Shown: positions 8,356 through 18,346, counted from the stretch's first letter. The stretch: DNA of 64,000 bases from an uncultured Candidatus Saccharibacteria bacterium (GCA_964643955.1 CAZXUO010000001.1:14314-78313), one strand, 5' to 3'. A program made the numbers and translations. The notes: generated from the letters alone by a model not told the origin.

Positions 8356-9483
8356 TTACGCGTGCTCGAGGCCGATTGCAATCAGGGTCGCGGCGAGCTG
8401 TTGGGCCGCATCACGAGGTGCAAAATTGCGTGCTGCCTCCTGCATGCGCATCTGGATAGACTGGTCGCTCAAGATGCGGGCGATCTCTCCAGAGAGGAGG
8501 TGCGGCGTGAGGTTCTTTTCTTCCATCACAGCGGCAGCGCCGGTGCGCGCATACTCGTACGCATTCGTGCGCTGATCGTGACTGATGCTCTCAGGGATCG
8601 GAATGAGGATCGATGGTTTGCCGTGGAGCGCAATCTCATAGATAGAGCCGCTACCAGCACGCGAGACAATGATCGATGCGGCAGAAAGTGCGGCGTGCAT
8701 CATGTCGACATCGAGGAAACCACGGACATGGTAGCGGCTCAGGTACTCTTGTTTTTTAGTAAGTGCGCGCGCTGCCTCCACCACTACTTGCGCGTGTTGC
8801 TCGCCAGTCTGATGGAGTACGGTGGCGACAGGAAGCAGCTCGTCGAGTGCGGTGATGATGAGGTCGTTGATGCGTTCTGCGCCTTGGGAGCCACCGAGGA
8901 CAAGGATGAGTGGGCCATCGACCGTCATGTGGATTTGCTCGAGTGGATTGCCAGAAATAGGCGCGAGCATGTGCTTGCGGATCGGAATACCGGTGCGGAC
9001 TGTTTGCTTGTTTGGGAAAAATTTTGCACTACTCTCGTATGAAGTCGCGATGATGCGAGCAAAGCGCGAAGCGAATTTATTGGCGCGGCCTGGATGCACG
9101 TCTGACTCATGGATCACGACAGGAATACGCAAGATGCGCGCTGCAACAATGATCGGCATGCTCGTGTAGCTTCCCTTGCTCATGATGACGTCGGGATAAA
9201 TAAAGATGAGCCGCCAGATTGCGACGAGTACTCCCCAGAGCGTTTTAAAACCATCGAGGATGTTGAGGAATGAGAAATATCTGCGAACTTTTCCAGCAGG
9301 AATACGGATGAATGTGATGCCGTGTTTGACGAGTACGCCTTGATCGTAGGGATCAGGACCCATGAGATAGAGCTCAGGCAGTAAAAGCTTTTGTTCTCGT
9401 GCTTGGTCGGTGATTGCTTCAGCAATCGCGACGAGCGGGTAAAAATGACCTCCTGAACCACTTCCTGTTAAGACGATACGCAT
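8356..9483 (-). CDS. murG: UDP-GlcNAc--MurNAc-pentapeptide-undecaprenol GlcNAc transferase
   Basis: N-terminal GSGGHFYPLVAIAEA and typical GT28 layout. Confidence 0.9.
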   Translation of the reverse strand: MRIVLTGSGSGGHFYPLVAIAEAITDQAREQKLLLPELYLMGPDPYDQGVLVKHGITFIRIPAGKVRRYFSFLNILDGFKTLWGVLVAIWRLIFIYPDVIMSKGSYTSMPIIVAARILRIPVVIHESDVHPGRANKFASRFARIIATSYESSAKFFPNKQTVRTGIPIRKHMLAPISGNPLEQIHMTVDGPLILVLGGSQGAERINDLIITALDELLPVATVLHQTGEQHAQVVVEAARALTKKQEYLSRYHVRGFLDVDMMHAALSAASIIVSRAGSGSIYEIALHGKPSILIPIPESISHDQRTNAYEYARTGAAAVMEEKNLTPHLLSGEIARILSDQSIQMRMQEAARNFAPRDAAQQLAATLIAIGLEHA

Positions 9484-9496
9484 GGTTTGTTACTGG

Positions 9497-10609
9497 TTAT
9501 TTTAGCACCATCTTCCCCTTTTTGCGGTACTTGGACACATTGAGGATGATGCCGACTGACGCGAGCATCGCAAGCATGGCGGTACCGCCGTGGCTGATAA
9601 ACGGTAGTGGCAAGCCGGATATGGGCGCAAGTGCGAGCATGGATGCAATATTGAGAAATGCCTGTGTGATGATGATGGTCACGAAGCCCACGACGAGCAA
9701 CATACCGAAAAGGTCTGCGGATTCGGTTGCGACTTTGTATCCACGAAATGCAAAGAATGAAAAGATGAGGACCAAGAGTACGCTTCCTGCAAAGCCAAAT
9801 TCTTCGCTATAGACCGCGAAGATTGAGTCGCCGATAGGCTCGGGAAGGTACTCAAACTTTTGAATACTTTGGCCGAAGCCGCGTCCCGCGATGCCGCCTG
9901 AGCCGATCGCGATGAGTGACTGGCGTACCTGATAGCTCGAGCCTTGCGGGTCGAGTGAAGGATTGAAAAAGCTCGTGAGGCGATCTTTGATGTACGGTCG
10001 CATGAGTGCGAGCGACGCAAGAAGTACGACGCCGATGAGTACAAATACAAACACGTCGCGCCAGCGGCCACCTGCGGTGATAAACATCGCAATGCCGGCA
10101 GCGGTCATGATGGCGAAGGTATCGGTGTCAGGCTGCAAGAGCATCACAATACCGGTGATGCCGATGATACTGAAAAACGGCACCGTGCCCGACATAAATG
10201 ATTCGAGGTGTTTCTTCATGCCGGAGAGCCACGTGGCAAGATAGATGACGAAACCAATCTTCAGGAGTTCTGCAGGTTGAAAAGAAAAAGAGCCGACGCG
10301 TATCCATCGCTGTGCCCCGCCGTGTTCCATGCCGAGTCCGGGGATGAATACACACAGCGTGAGTGCGAGTGTTGCGAGGAATATATAGAATGCGTACTTT
10401 CTCCAGAAGCGATAGTGAATGTTCGACATCACAAAGAGTGCGATGCTGCCGCCGATGATGCCGAAAAGCACTTGGCTAAATGCGACTGATGAAAAGCTTG
10501 CTCCATCGCGCGCGAGGAGTCCGAGTGATGCTGACGAGAAAATAAAAAAGCCCCCTACCACGAGGAAGATGACAATGCCGAGGAGAATGCGATCAGCGTG
10601 GCGGCGCAT
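9497..10609 (-). CDS. ftsW: SEDS-family peptidoglycan glycosyltransferase (FtsW/RodA)
   Basis: About 10 TM helices and a SEDS-like loop; sits between mraY and murG. Confidence 0.8.
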   Translation of the reverse strand: MRRHADRILLGIVIFLVVGGFFIFSSASLGLLARDGASFSSVAFSQVLFGIIGGSIALFVMSNIHYRFWRKYAFYIFLATLALTLCVFIPGLGMEHGGAQRWIRVGSFSFQPAELLKIGFVIYLATWLSGMKKHLESFMSGTVPFFSIIGITGIVMLLQPDTDTFAIMTAAGIAMFITAGGRWRDVFVFVLIGVVLLASLALMRPYIKDRLTSFFNPSLDPQGSSYQVRQSLIAIGSGGIAGRGFGQSIQKFEYLPEPIGDSIFAVYSEEFGFAGSVLLVLIFSFFAFRGYKVATESADLFGMLLVVGFVTIIITQAFLNIASMLALAPISGLPLPFISHGGTAMLAMLASVGIILNVSKYRKKGKMVLK

Positions 10610-10610
10610 A

Positions 10611-11669
10611 TTAGGCAGTGATGGCTATCGTCATGCCGATAATCGCACATACCATACTGATGACCCAGTAGCGCATCGTCACTTTGTATCCGGGCCAGCC
10701 TATTGCTTCAAAGTGATGATGGAGCGGCGCAACACGAAATACTTTTCTTCCCCAAAACTTCTTTGCGAAAATCTGAATGAGGTTTGAGAGGACGGTCGCA
10801 ACGAGCGGAAGTGCGACGATCGGAAGCACCGCGATGCCGTGCCCTTCTCCGAGGTTGTCCGACATAAAGACGACAACGGCGAGCGTGAGTGTGAGTGCCA
10901 TGGTGCCCGTCTCAGTCATCCAAAAACGCGCAGGTGGGATGTTGAACCACAAGAATGCGAGGATCGCACCAGTCACGGTGGCGCAAAATGCGGCGAGGTC
11001 ATACTGCTGTTGTGAGAATGCGATCGCTGCGTACGCACCGTAGATAGTTGAGAAGACTGCGCCCGAGAGGCCGTCGATACCGTCGATCACGCCGCTTGCA
11101 TAGAGCGCGAGCGTCACGAGCATGAAAAATGGCACGATGAATGCACCGAGGACTATTTCTCCATCGTATGGAATACCAATCGTCGTAATGTCGAGTTTGT
11201 CATAAAACCACCAGCCGACGGCGAGTGAAAGGACCGATACAAACACTAAGCGCGTGCGGAGACGAATCCCCTGCCCTTTGTGACTTACGTCATAAAAATC
11301 ATTAAGGAATCCAACGAATGCGCCGAGGAGGAGCGTCGAAAATGGTATCCATGTTTGTGCACGACTGAGGAAGTCAATGCGTGCGATCTCTGAGTTTGGA
11401 AACATCATCGCGACGAGCCAGAGGAAGATCGTGGTGAGTGCGACGCTCGCCCAAATCACGATGCCACCCATGCGTGGCGTCTTTACTTCGTTGTCTTTGT
11501 GGAGCTTGTTGAACTCAACTGCCTCTTGGCCGTTGAGTGCGTGTTTGCCGCCGGTCTTCTTCCAGACTTTGTATTGAAAAAGGTAGCGCGTGACGATTGG
11601 TGTGATGAGCACGCCGATGACGAATGCGAGTGTTGCGGGCGCAAAGATTTTTACGATATCGGCATCCAT
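10611..11669 (-). CDS. mraY: Phospho-N-acetylmuramoyl-pentapeptide transferase
   Basis: MraY motifs (NLIQIFAKKF, HHHFE). I moved the start to the ATG at 11669 (MDADIVKIF); the longer track ORF would overlap the upstream gene by 170 nt. Confidence 0.85.
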   Translation of the reverse strand: MDADIVKIFAPATLAFVIGVLITPIVTRYLFQYKVWKKTGGKHALNGQEAVEFNKLHKDNEVKTPRMGGIVIWASVALTTIFLWLVAMMFPNSEIARIDFLSRAQTWIPFSTLLLGAFVGFLNDFYDVSHKGQGIRLRTRLVFVSVLSLAVGWWFYDKLDITTIGIPYDGEIVLGAFIVPFFMLVTLALYASGVIDGIDGLSGAVFSTIYGAYAAIAFSQQQYDLAAFCATVTGAILAFLWFNIPPARFWMTETGTMALTLTLAVVVFMSDNLGEGHGIAVLPIVALPLVATVLSNLIQIFAKKFWGRKVFRVAPLHHHFEAIGWPGYKVTMRYWVISMVCAIIGMTIAITA

Positions 11670-11670
11670 A

Positions 11671-12690
11671 TTATTCGGTGCTGAGCGTACGTTCGGTCGC
11701 TTCAACAAGCTTAATAATATCGCTAAAACGGCCTTCGCGGGTAGAGCCGAGTACTGAAATGATGATCGGGCGGTTGAGGCCAGCGTCGTATGCAATGACG
11801 AGGTTGCCGCCAGCGAGATCGGTAAAGCCAGTCTTTGAGCCAAGAATGCCAGGGATGCGTCCTACGACCTCATTGGTGTTTGTAGCAGTGTAGACTGCTC
11901 CCTGCTGATTATGGACGGTAGAGACGGCTTCACGGGTCTCCTCGAGGATGTCAGGACGCTTGAGGACGAGGTATTCCATGAGGAATGCCATATCGCGTGC
12001 CGAGCCATAGCTGCCGCTCGTTGTGCCGTCGATATCGAGGCCGGTAGGATTTGCAAAGAAAGACTGTGAGAGGCCGAGGGATTCTGCTTTTGCATTCATG
12101 GCGTCGATAAATGCGCTCGCGGGGTCAGCGCTCGGAGCTACCGCGTGCCCAGCGGCAGCCGCGAGCGCATACGCGCCATCGTTTGATGAAGTGACAAGCG
12201 TGAGATTTGCGAGCTCCTGCATGCTGAATGTTTGCCCTTCGGCAAGGTTGCTGTCGCCCTCTTGTGCGATTGCGTCAGCGCCGATGCGCACTTGTGCGTC
12301 AGGGTCGAGTGACTCGTACGCAACGAGCGTCGTCATGAGCTTGGTCACCGAGGCGAGCGGAAGCTGCGTGCCGGCATTTTTGTTGTAGAGTGCACGCTGA
12401 TTTTTGACGTCCCACACGTATGCTGCTCCTGCAGTGATCGAAAGATCTTCAAACTCATCTTTTATGATCGGCACTTCTTGTACCGTTGCCTCTTGTGGCG
12501 GCGGTTCGGGGATCGGATCTTTTTTTGCAAGTTCAGGGATGTACGATGCGCCGAAAATAAGCACGAGAATACCGAGCGCAACACTGAGTTGCGCGATGGT
12601 CGGCATGTTATTTTTTGGTGTTCCGAGTGCTTCCGATTCTATTTCGGGCGGCAATGAAACCTCGTGTTGTTCTTCTGGTTGATTATCCAT
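11671..12690 (-). CDS. Serine-type D-Ala-D-Ala carboxypeptidase (S11, low-molecular-weight PBP) with N-terminal TM anchor
   Basis: SxxK (SVTK), SxN (SSND) and KTG (KTGFT) motifs. Confidence 0.8.
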   Translation of the reverse strand: MDNQPEEQHEVSLPPEIESEALGTPKNNMPTIAQLSVALGILVLIFGASYIPELAKKDPIPEPPPQEATVQEVPIIKDEFEDLSITAGAAYVWDVKNQRALYNKNAGTQLPLASVTKLMTTLVAYESLDPDAQVRIGADAIAQEGDSNLAEGQTFSMQELANLTLVTSSNDGAYALAAAAGHAVAPSADPASAFIDAMNAKAESLGLSQSFFANPTGLDIDGTTSGSYGSARDMAFLMEYLVLKRPDILEETREAVSTVHNQQGAVYTATNTNEVVGRIPGILGSKTGFTDLAGGNLVIAYDAGLNRPIIISVLGSTREGRFSDIIKLVEATERTLSTE

Positions 12691-12699
12691 ACAGATGTT

Positions 12700-13269
12700 C
12701 TACTCGGCAGCTACCGGCGCATCTTCCTTTTCATTGCCGCCCTTTGCCTCCCGCTCAAATGCATCAAGTTCGTTCATTATTTTAACGTATTCGGGCAGGT
12801 CCTCACGTCGAGTTATACCGAGGTGCGCAAAAAGTGTTGGTGTCGCTTTGTATTGGAATGAGCGCGCAGCCTGCGGATTGTCGATGCGCTCCACGAGTCC
12901 GCGGATCTGGAGGTTGCGGAGGATGAAGGTAGAATTGACGCCGCGAATAGAATCGATCTCGCTTCGAGAGATCGGACCGCGGTAGAGAATGATTGCAAGT
13001 GTCTCTGCACCCGCCTTCCCAATCTCTTTTGAGAGCTCGTCCTTGCGGAGCTTTTCGATGATGCTCGCGACCTCAGGAGCGCTTGTGAGCCAGATAGTAT
13101 CGCCTTCTTCGACGATACGCATTGCACCATAACAAAGGCGTTCGCGCAAGTTTATCAAAGCGCGATCGATATCCTCGAGCGTCGTTTCAAGGAGCGCAGC
13201 GAGGTCTTTTTTAGCGACAGGTTCGGTCTTATAGAAAAGAACCGCCTCAATCTGCACATCGAGATTCAT
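12700..13269 (-). CDS. scpB: Segregation and condensation protein B
   Basis: ScpB winged-helix pattern (IEAVLFYKTEPV ... ALINL). Confidence 0.85.
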   Translation of the reverse strand: MNLDVQIEAVLFYKTEPVAKKDLAALLETTLEDIDRALINLRERLCYGAMRIVEEGDTIWLTSAPEVASIIEKLRKDELSKEIGKAGAETLAIILYRGPISRSEIDSIRGVNSTFILRNLQIRGLVERIDNPQAARSFQYKATPTLFAHLGITRREDLPEYVKIMNELDAFEREAKGGNEKEDAPVAAE

Positions 13270-13314
13270 GTGGAGAGTATAGCAAATATGGGGCTTATTT
13301 TCGCTCTCTATCCC

Positions 13315-14052
13315 CTACTCGTAGCGCGGTGTTGCTGATGCACCGCCTTCGCGCTTGATATCAAAATCTGCAAAACGCGCTTCTTGTTCTGCCATCACAA
13401 TCCCCTGCTTCACAAGCTCGAGGACTGCAAGAAAACTCACAATGACATGTGAGCGCTCGCCACCCTGCGCGAGGCTCTTGAAGCTCACCTTAAATTGATC
13501 CGTGATGCGCTTTTCAAGGCTCTTCATCATTTCTTCAAGCGAGATGACTTTCTTTACCGACACGCGTGCAGCGAGCACAGGCTTTTTCGGAAGATTGACG
13601 AGGACGGCCAGCATCGCGCTCATGATTCCCTCGCGTGTCGTGAAGGAATCGGGCATGAAGACGGGCGTTGCATCTGCTTTATATGGCCGCTCATACAGTA
13701 TGTGCGTGCCGAAGATGGTACGGAGTGCAGCACTCGCATCGCGGTAGATCTTGTAGAGCTTGAGCTTTTCCGAGAGGTCCTCGATATTTGCTTCCTCCTC
13801 TTCGGTAAGCGCGAGGACCGGCAAGAGCGACTTTGATTTTATAAGGAGGAGTGTTGCCGCGATGAGTACAAACTGCGCCGTGTCGCGCATGCGGCTGTCT
13901 TCAAGCGACGAGACATACGCCATATAGTCGTCGGTCACTGCAGCGAGCGAGATGTCATTAATGAGCAGCTTGCGCTTCTCGATGAGATCGAGCAACAAAT
14001 CAAGCGGCCCCTCAAACACCTCTGTCTTTATTGCGAAATGTTGGCTGGTCAC
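13315..14052 (-). CDS. scpA: Segregation and condensation protein A
   Basis: FEGPLDLLLDLIEKRKLLINDISLAAVTDDY signature. Confidence 0.85.
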   Translation of the reverse strand: MTSQHFAIKTEVFEGPLDLLLDLIEKRKLLINDISLAAVTDDYMAYVSSLEDSRMRDTAQFVLIAATLLLIKSKSLLPVLALTEEEEANIEDLSEKLKLYKIYRDASAALRTIFGTHILYERPYKADATPVFMPDSFTTREGIMSAMLAVLVNLPKKPVLAARVSVKKVISLEEMMKSLEKRITDQFKVSFKSLAQGGERSHVIVSFLAVLELVKQGIVMAEQEARFADFDIKREGGASATPRYE

Positions 14053-14115
14053 GAGTGTATGATAGCAGATTACTTATTCGCAACCGCCCCCATTATTCCT
14101 TGTTGCAATTGGTAA

Positions 14116-14144
14116 TTGACAAAACAATATAAATATGATATACT
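14116..14144 (+). promoter_or_regulatory. Sigma-70-type promoter TTGACA, 17-nt spacer, extended -10 TGaTATACT
   Basis: Hexamers read directly from the sequence in the AT-rich divergent intergenic region. Confidence 0.6.
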
Positions 14145-14191
14145 AAACAAGTGAGTAATTGTGCTCACGAGCAAAGCAAGGGGTTTGTTCT

Positions 14192-14422
14192 ATGGGTATG
14201 AGCAAAGAACGTCAGGGCGAGATCGCCTTGGCACTCATCGAGCATCGGCTGAAGAAGCAGCCGATGCCCGCACCCGCCGACTTCCGTCGGGAACTCGGCA
14301 ACTTGTCGAAGGACATCGGCGTTTCAGCCGACGACCTCGTCATGTTTTACGAGACAATTCTTCCGAAGCTGCTCGGAACCATGCTCGGTCGGAGTAAGGT
14401 CTCACTGACGACCTCCGACTGA
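14192..14422 (+). CDS. Small hypothetical protein (76 aa)
   Basis: RBS AAGGGG 8 nt upstream of the ATG at 14192. The overlapping alternative frame (14161-14397) is Arg-rich low-complexity and was rejected. Confidence 0.45.
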   Translation: MGMSKERQGEIALALIEHRLKKQPMPAPADFRRELGNLSKDIGVSADDLVMFYETILPKLLGTMLGRSKVSLTTSD

Positions 14423-14550
14423 GCAAAAAGTATAAAATCTGAAGAAAGCCAAGGTGGGGCTCTGAGCCCCCTAAACGGGTAATTGCACCTCCCTGTTTCA
14501 TACAGGCAAGGGCAGAACAAGAACCGTTTCCTCGCTTTCTTCTAACTCCG

Positions 14551-14583
14551 CTGCAGAGTAACATCTGCAGCTTCTTTCTTTTC
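14551..14583 (+). terminator. Intrinsic terminator CTGCAG-agtaacat-CTGCAG plus CTTCTTTCTTTTC
   Basis: 6-bp stem and T-rich tail on the + strand only, about 130 nt after the small ORF stop. Confidence 0.5.
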
Positions 14584-14594
14584 AAAAACAGTCG

Positions 14595-16025
14595 TTAATA
14601 TTTCTCGATTACTTTTATAAGCAATCGGGTGGGTTCGCCGGTGGCACCTTTGGCGAGCTTGTCGCTTGCTGTTGCCGTCATGCGCGGTGCCATGTCGATG
14701 TGCGCCCAGCCGCAGTCTTTTGGAAAATTCTCTGCGAAGTGTGAGAGAAACATTGCACCATTGATGGTGCCTCCTGCTCGTGAGTTGCCAAATGAAGGGA
14801 TGTTGGCGACGTCACCGAAGCGGCCTTTTGTGTACTGCTTGTACTCGTCCCACATAGGGAGTGGCCAGACATAGTCACCACTTTCTTCCCCGAGCTGCAT
14901 GAGCTTTTCGCGGACGGTATCGCTTTTGGTGAGGAGTGCAGATGCGTGTTCGCCAAGAGCGACGATCGCTGCGCCCGTGAGTGTGGCAATGTCGACGACA
15001 AGGCGCGGCTTGTAGCGCTCGGCATACGTGAGTGCATCTGCGAGCACGAGACGGCCTTCGGCGTCGGTATTGAGGACGTCGATCGTTTTTCCATTCATTG
15101 AGGTGAGTACATCACCTGGACGGAAGCTCTCTCCCGAAATAGAGTTTTCTGCGGCAGGAATAAGGCCGATGACGTTTTTCTTGAGCTTGAGGCGTGCTGC
15201 AGCGACTACTGCAGCGATGACGGATGCGCCACCTGACATATCGAGGTGCATGTCGAGCATACTGTCGCCCGGCTTCACATTGAGGCCACCCGTATCGAAG
15301 GTGATGCCTTTACCGGCGAGCACAATGGGGTTGTGCTCGCCCGCGCCGCGAGCACCTCTGTTTGGTTTACTCAAACCCCAGTATTCCATCACGATAAATC
15401 GTGGTTCAAATTTCGAGCCCTGTGCGACGCCAAGTAGCGCACCCATCTTCTCTTTCTCGATGGCTTTCTTGTCGAGAATAGTCACCTTTACATTGGTACC
15501 TTTTGCCGCTGATTTTGCGCGGTCGGCAAGGAGCGCGGGCGTCATGGCGCCGCCAGGGGTGTTGGCGATGCTGCGGCATACATTGACCTCCTCGCCCACG
15601 ATGTGGCCACGAAGGAGCCCGCGCGCCTCTTCTTTTGAGAGTGTGCCAACGAGCACAACTTCTTTTAATTCGTAGCTCGGCTTCTTTGATTTCAATGTCG
15701 TGAACTCATAGTTTGCGAGCATGAAATTTTCTGCAATCGTTGAAAAGATTTCAGCACGGTCAATTTCTTTGAGCGCATCAAGATCAGCAAGCTCTGAGAC
15801 AGGTATGACGAGCTTTGTAATCTTGTGGATGTGTGCGGTCCGGATGATGGATCGACAGAGTATGCGGAACGAGCGCATGCTGATCTCCACACGCTTCCCT
15901 ACGCCGATCGAAAGCGTCTCGCTCTTATCAGCGTGTTCTATGAACTTTGTTTGTGTGCCTTCAATGAGAGCTACGCGTACGTATTCCTTTCCACTCGGTG
16001 CTTTAGCCGCCGTCGTTATTTTCAT
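14595..16025 (-). CDS. pepA: Leucyl aminopeptidase (M17)
   Basis: NTDAEGRLVLADAL M17 signature and an N-terminal M17 N-domain. Confidence 0.85.
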   Translation of the reverse strand: MKITTAAKAPSGKEYVRVALIEGTQTKFIEHADKSETLSIGVGKRVEISMRSFRILCRSIIRTAHIHKITKLVIPVSELADLDALKEIDRAEIFSTIAENFMLANYEFTTLKSKKPSYELKEVVLVGTLSKEEARGLLRGHIVGEEVNVCRSIANTPGGAMTPALLADRAKSAAKGTNVKVTILDKKAIEKEKMGALLGVAQGSKFEPRFIVMEYWGLSKPNRGARGAGEHNPIVLAGKGITFDTGGLNVKPGDSMLDMHLDMSGGASVIAAVVAAARLKLKKNVIGLIPAAENSISGESFRPGDVLTSMNGKTIDVLNTDAEGRLVLADALTYAERYKPRLVVDIATLTGAAIVALGEHASALLTKSDTVREKLMQLGEESGDYVWPLPMWDEYKQYTKGRFGDVANIPSFGNSRAGGTINGAMFLSHFAENFPKDCGWAHIDMAPRMTATASDKLAKGATGEPTRLLIKVIEKY

Positions 16026-17370
16026 GTCCGTCTTCAGGTTTGTTGAGTAATGTGTCGATGCGATTCATATCGCGTGGGAACATCGTTGCTTCGCGTATAT
16101 TTTTGAGACCCAATATCTGCATGGTCATACGCTCTGCGCCAAATGCAAATCCTCCTTCTGGTGGTACACCGTATCTGAATGCTTCGAGGAACATTGAGAT
16201 AGCATCAGGATTCATATCCCAGATCTTTACGTGTTCGAGGAGTTGCTTGTAGTCATTGATGCGGCGACCTCCTGAGAGCCACTCGATGCCGCGACAGAGC
16301 AAGTCCATACCTTCGTTGAATTCTGGTTTTTCGGGATTTGGATAGACGTAGAACGGCTTTTGGCGTGTTGGGTACCCGTATACGTAGACGAAGTCTGAAG
16401 TGGTCTCTTCTTTAATAATCTCGCATAGTGTTCGTTCATCTTCGGGATTGAGATCCTTTTCTCCGCGAACATCACGTCCGGTCTTTTCAAAGATTTTTTC
16501 TTGTGCTTCAGTCAGCGACATCGTCGGCGTCTTCTCGATCATGGTTGGAAGTGTTGCTTCGAGAAGCTTCAATTCTTCTGCGCACTTTTCTCCAACTGCT
16601 TTCAAAATAAAACGCACGGTCTCTTCAGACATATCGCGAACATCCTGCCATGAGTCGATGAAGCCCATTTCGGCGTCGAGTGAGACGATCTCGGTGATGT
16701 GGCGCGTCGTTGCTGATGGCTCTGCGCGGAATACTTTGTTGACGGAGAATACGCGCTCAAACGCAGTCATGACGATCTGCTTGTAGAGTTGCGGAGACTG
16801 CGTGAGGTATGCTTTCTTGTCGAAGTAGTTGACTTGGAAGACCTCCGCACCACCCTCTGCGGTTGCAGGCGTAATTGCGGGTGCTTGGAACTCCATGAAG
16901 TCCTGGCTCTTCATGTATTCACGGAATGAGTCGATGATGACAGCCTGCACTTTGAAGATGGCGCGGAGACGCGGATGACGGAGTGTGAGCGCGCGATGGT
17001 CGAGCTCGGTCGTGAGATCGAGATTGTAGCCATCCGGCGACATGTCAAACGGCAGCGATTCTGCTTCTGCGAGAATTTCGATCGCAGTGATTTCAAGCTC
17101 GATGTCACCGTTTTGAATTCCCTCTTTACGCATCTTCTCAGGGCGTTCATTGACGATGCCACTCACCTTCACGACCCACTCTTGCTTGAGCTTCTTTGCA
17201 ACTTCAAGTACCTCTGGCTTTCCAAAGACGACGCCTTGCACTTTTCCACTTCGATCACGAAAATCAAAAAAGGCCATCTTGCCCTGATCGCGCGCAACGT
17301 CTACCCATCCAGAAATAGACACTTCACTTCCCACTTTTTCTTTCAGATCTTTTATGAGTGTTCGTTGCAT
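16003..17370 (-). CDS. aspS: Aspartate--tRNA ligase, archaeal/type-2 (class IIb), probably non-discriminating
   Basis: OB-fold N-terminus, motif 2 FRAEPSATTRHITEIVSLDAEM (archaeal-AspRS-like SIDSEM rather than AsnRS WMLEPE), motif 3 GGFAFGAERMTM, about 455 aa. Confidence 0.7.
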   Translation of the reverse strand: MQRTLIKDLKEKVGSEVSISGWVDVARDQGKMAFFDFRDRSGKVQGVVFGKPEVLEVAKKLKQEWVVKVSGIVNERPEKMRKEGIQNGDIELEITAIEILAEAESLPFDMSPDGYNLDLTTELDHRALTLRHPRLRAIFKVQAVIIDSFREYMKSQDFMEFQAPAITPATAEGGAEVFQVNYFDKKAYLTQSPQLYKQIVMTAFERVFSVNKVFRAEPSATTRHITEIVSLDAEMGFIDSWQDVRDMSEETVRFILKAVGEKCAEELKLLEATLPTMIEKTPTMSLTEAQEKIFEKTGRDVRGEKDLNPEDERTLCEIIKEETTSDFVYVYGYPTRQKPFYVYPNPEKPEFNEGMDLLCRGIEWLSGGRRINDYKQLLEHVKIWDMNPDAISMFLEAFRYGVPPEGGFAFGAERMTMQILGLKNIREATMFPRDMNRIDTLLNKPEDGHENNDGG

Positions 17371-17373
17371 ATA

Positions 17374-18321
17374 TTAAAGTGTTACACCAATTTTATTTCG
17401 TACGTCTGCCATCTTTCGCTCAGCGACCGCTCGCGCTTTCTCGCCATTTTGTGCGATGATTGCCTTTACCTTTTCCGGTTCTGCAGCAAATTGTGCGCGT
17501 CGCTCACGCATAGGGGCGATGAATGCATCCACTTCCTCTGCGAGCATTTCTTTGAGTGCTTTGTAGTTGCCGGCGTGCGCTGCGTAGATCGGCTCAAGCT
17601 CTGCTTCTGATTTAAAGAGACGATGGATGCGGTAGACATTTTCAGGACGCTCACCGGAAGAATCGGTCACAATGCCCATGACGGCCTTTTGTACTTCTTC
17701 TCGCGTTGCAAAGAGCGGAATCGTGTTTTTGTAGCTCTTTGACATCTTCTGTCCATCAGTACCCGGTACGACCGCAACTGACTCTTGGATTGATGCTTCG
17801 GGAAGTTTAAATGTTTCGCCGTAGAGATTGTTGAATTTGAGTGCGGTGTCGCGCGCAAACTCAATATGCTGTTTTTGATCTTGTCCCACCGGTACGATAT
17901 CTGCATCGTAAAGGAGGATGTCTGCGGCCATCAGCATCGGATAATTGAAGACGCCAACGGTGATATCTTTGTTTTTTGCTTCGGCGTCCTTAAATGCATG
18001 GGCGCGCATCAAGTATGGCATTGTCGTGATGGTATCGAAAATCCAACACAGCTCGGTGTGTTGCGGGACATCTGATTGTTTGAAAAGTACTGTGTGCTCA
18101 GGATCGAGTCCTGCGCTGAGATAGTCGAGCGCAACCGAGAGGATGGTCTCTCGCATCTCTTCCCCATTTTGGATGGTCATGAGTGCGTGGAGGTCAGGAA
18201 TGAACAGGTACGAATCGTACTCGTGCTGCATCGCGATTGCGGGCTGCATCATGCCAAAATAATTGCCGAGATGCGGACGGCCCGTTGGCTTCACCCCTGA
18301 GAGGAGTACTTTCTTGCTCAT
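17374..18321 (-). CDS. trpS: Tryptophan--tRNA ligase
   Basis: SGVKPTGRPHLGNYFG (HIGH-like) and KMSKS; 315 aa. Confidence 0.85.
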   Translation of the reverse strand: MSKKVLLSGVKPTGRPHLGNYFGMMQPAIAMQHEYDSYLFIPDLHALMTIQNGEEMRETILSVALDYLSAGLDPEHTVLFKQSDVPQHTELCWIFDTITTMPYLMRAHAFKDAEAKNKDITVGVFNYPMLMAADILLYDADIVPVGQDQKQHIEFARDTALKFNNLYGETFKLPEASIQESVAVVPGTDGQKMSKSYKNTIPLFATREEVQKAVMGIVTDSSGERPENVYRIHRLFKSEAELEPIYAAHAGNYKALKEMLAEEVDAFIAPMRERRAQFAAEPEKVKAIIAQNGEKARAVAERKMADVRNKIGVTL

Positions 18322-18346
18322 AGCGAAATACTAGCAAAAAACAAGG

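Noticed and set aside
8362-9042. 226-aa plus-strand ORF inside murG
   Set aside because: Antisense shadow ORF, Arg/Leu-rich. murG on the opposite strand has unambiguous motifs.
14161-14397. 78-aa alternative-frame ORF overlapping the small 14192 gene
   Set aside because: It is Arg-rich low-complexity with no RBS. The overlapping frame has an AAGGGG RBS and more protein-like composition.
15028-15675. 215-aa plus-strand ORF inside pepA
   Set aside because: Antisense shadow ORF, Ser/Pro/Ala-rich.
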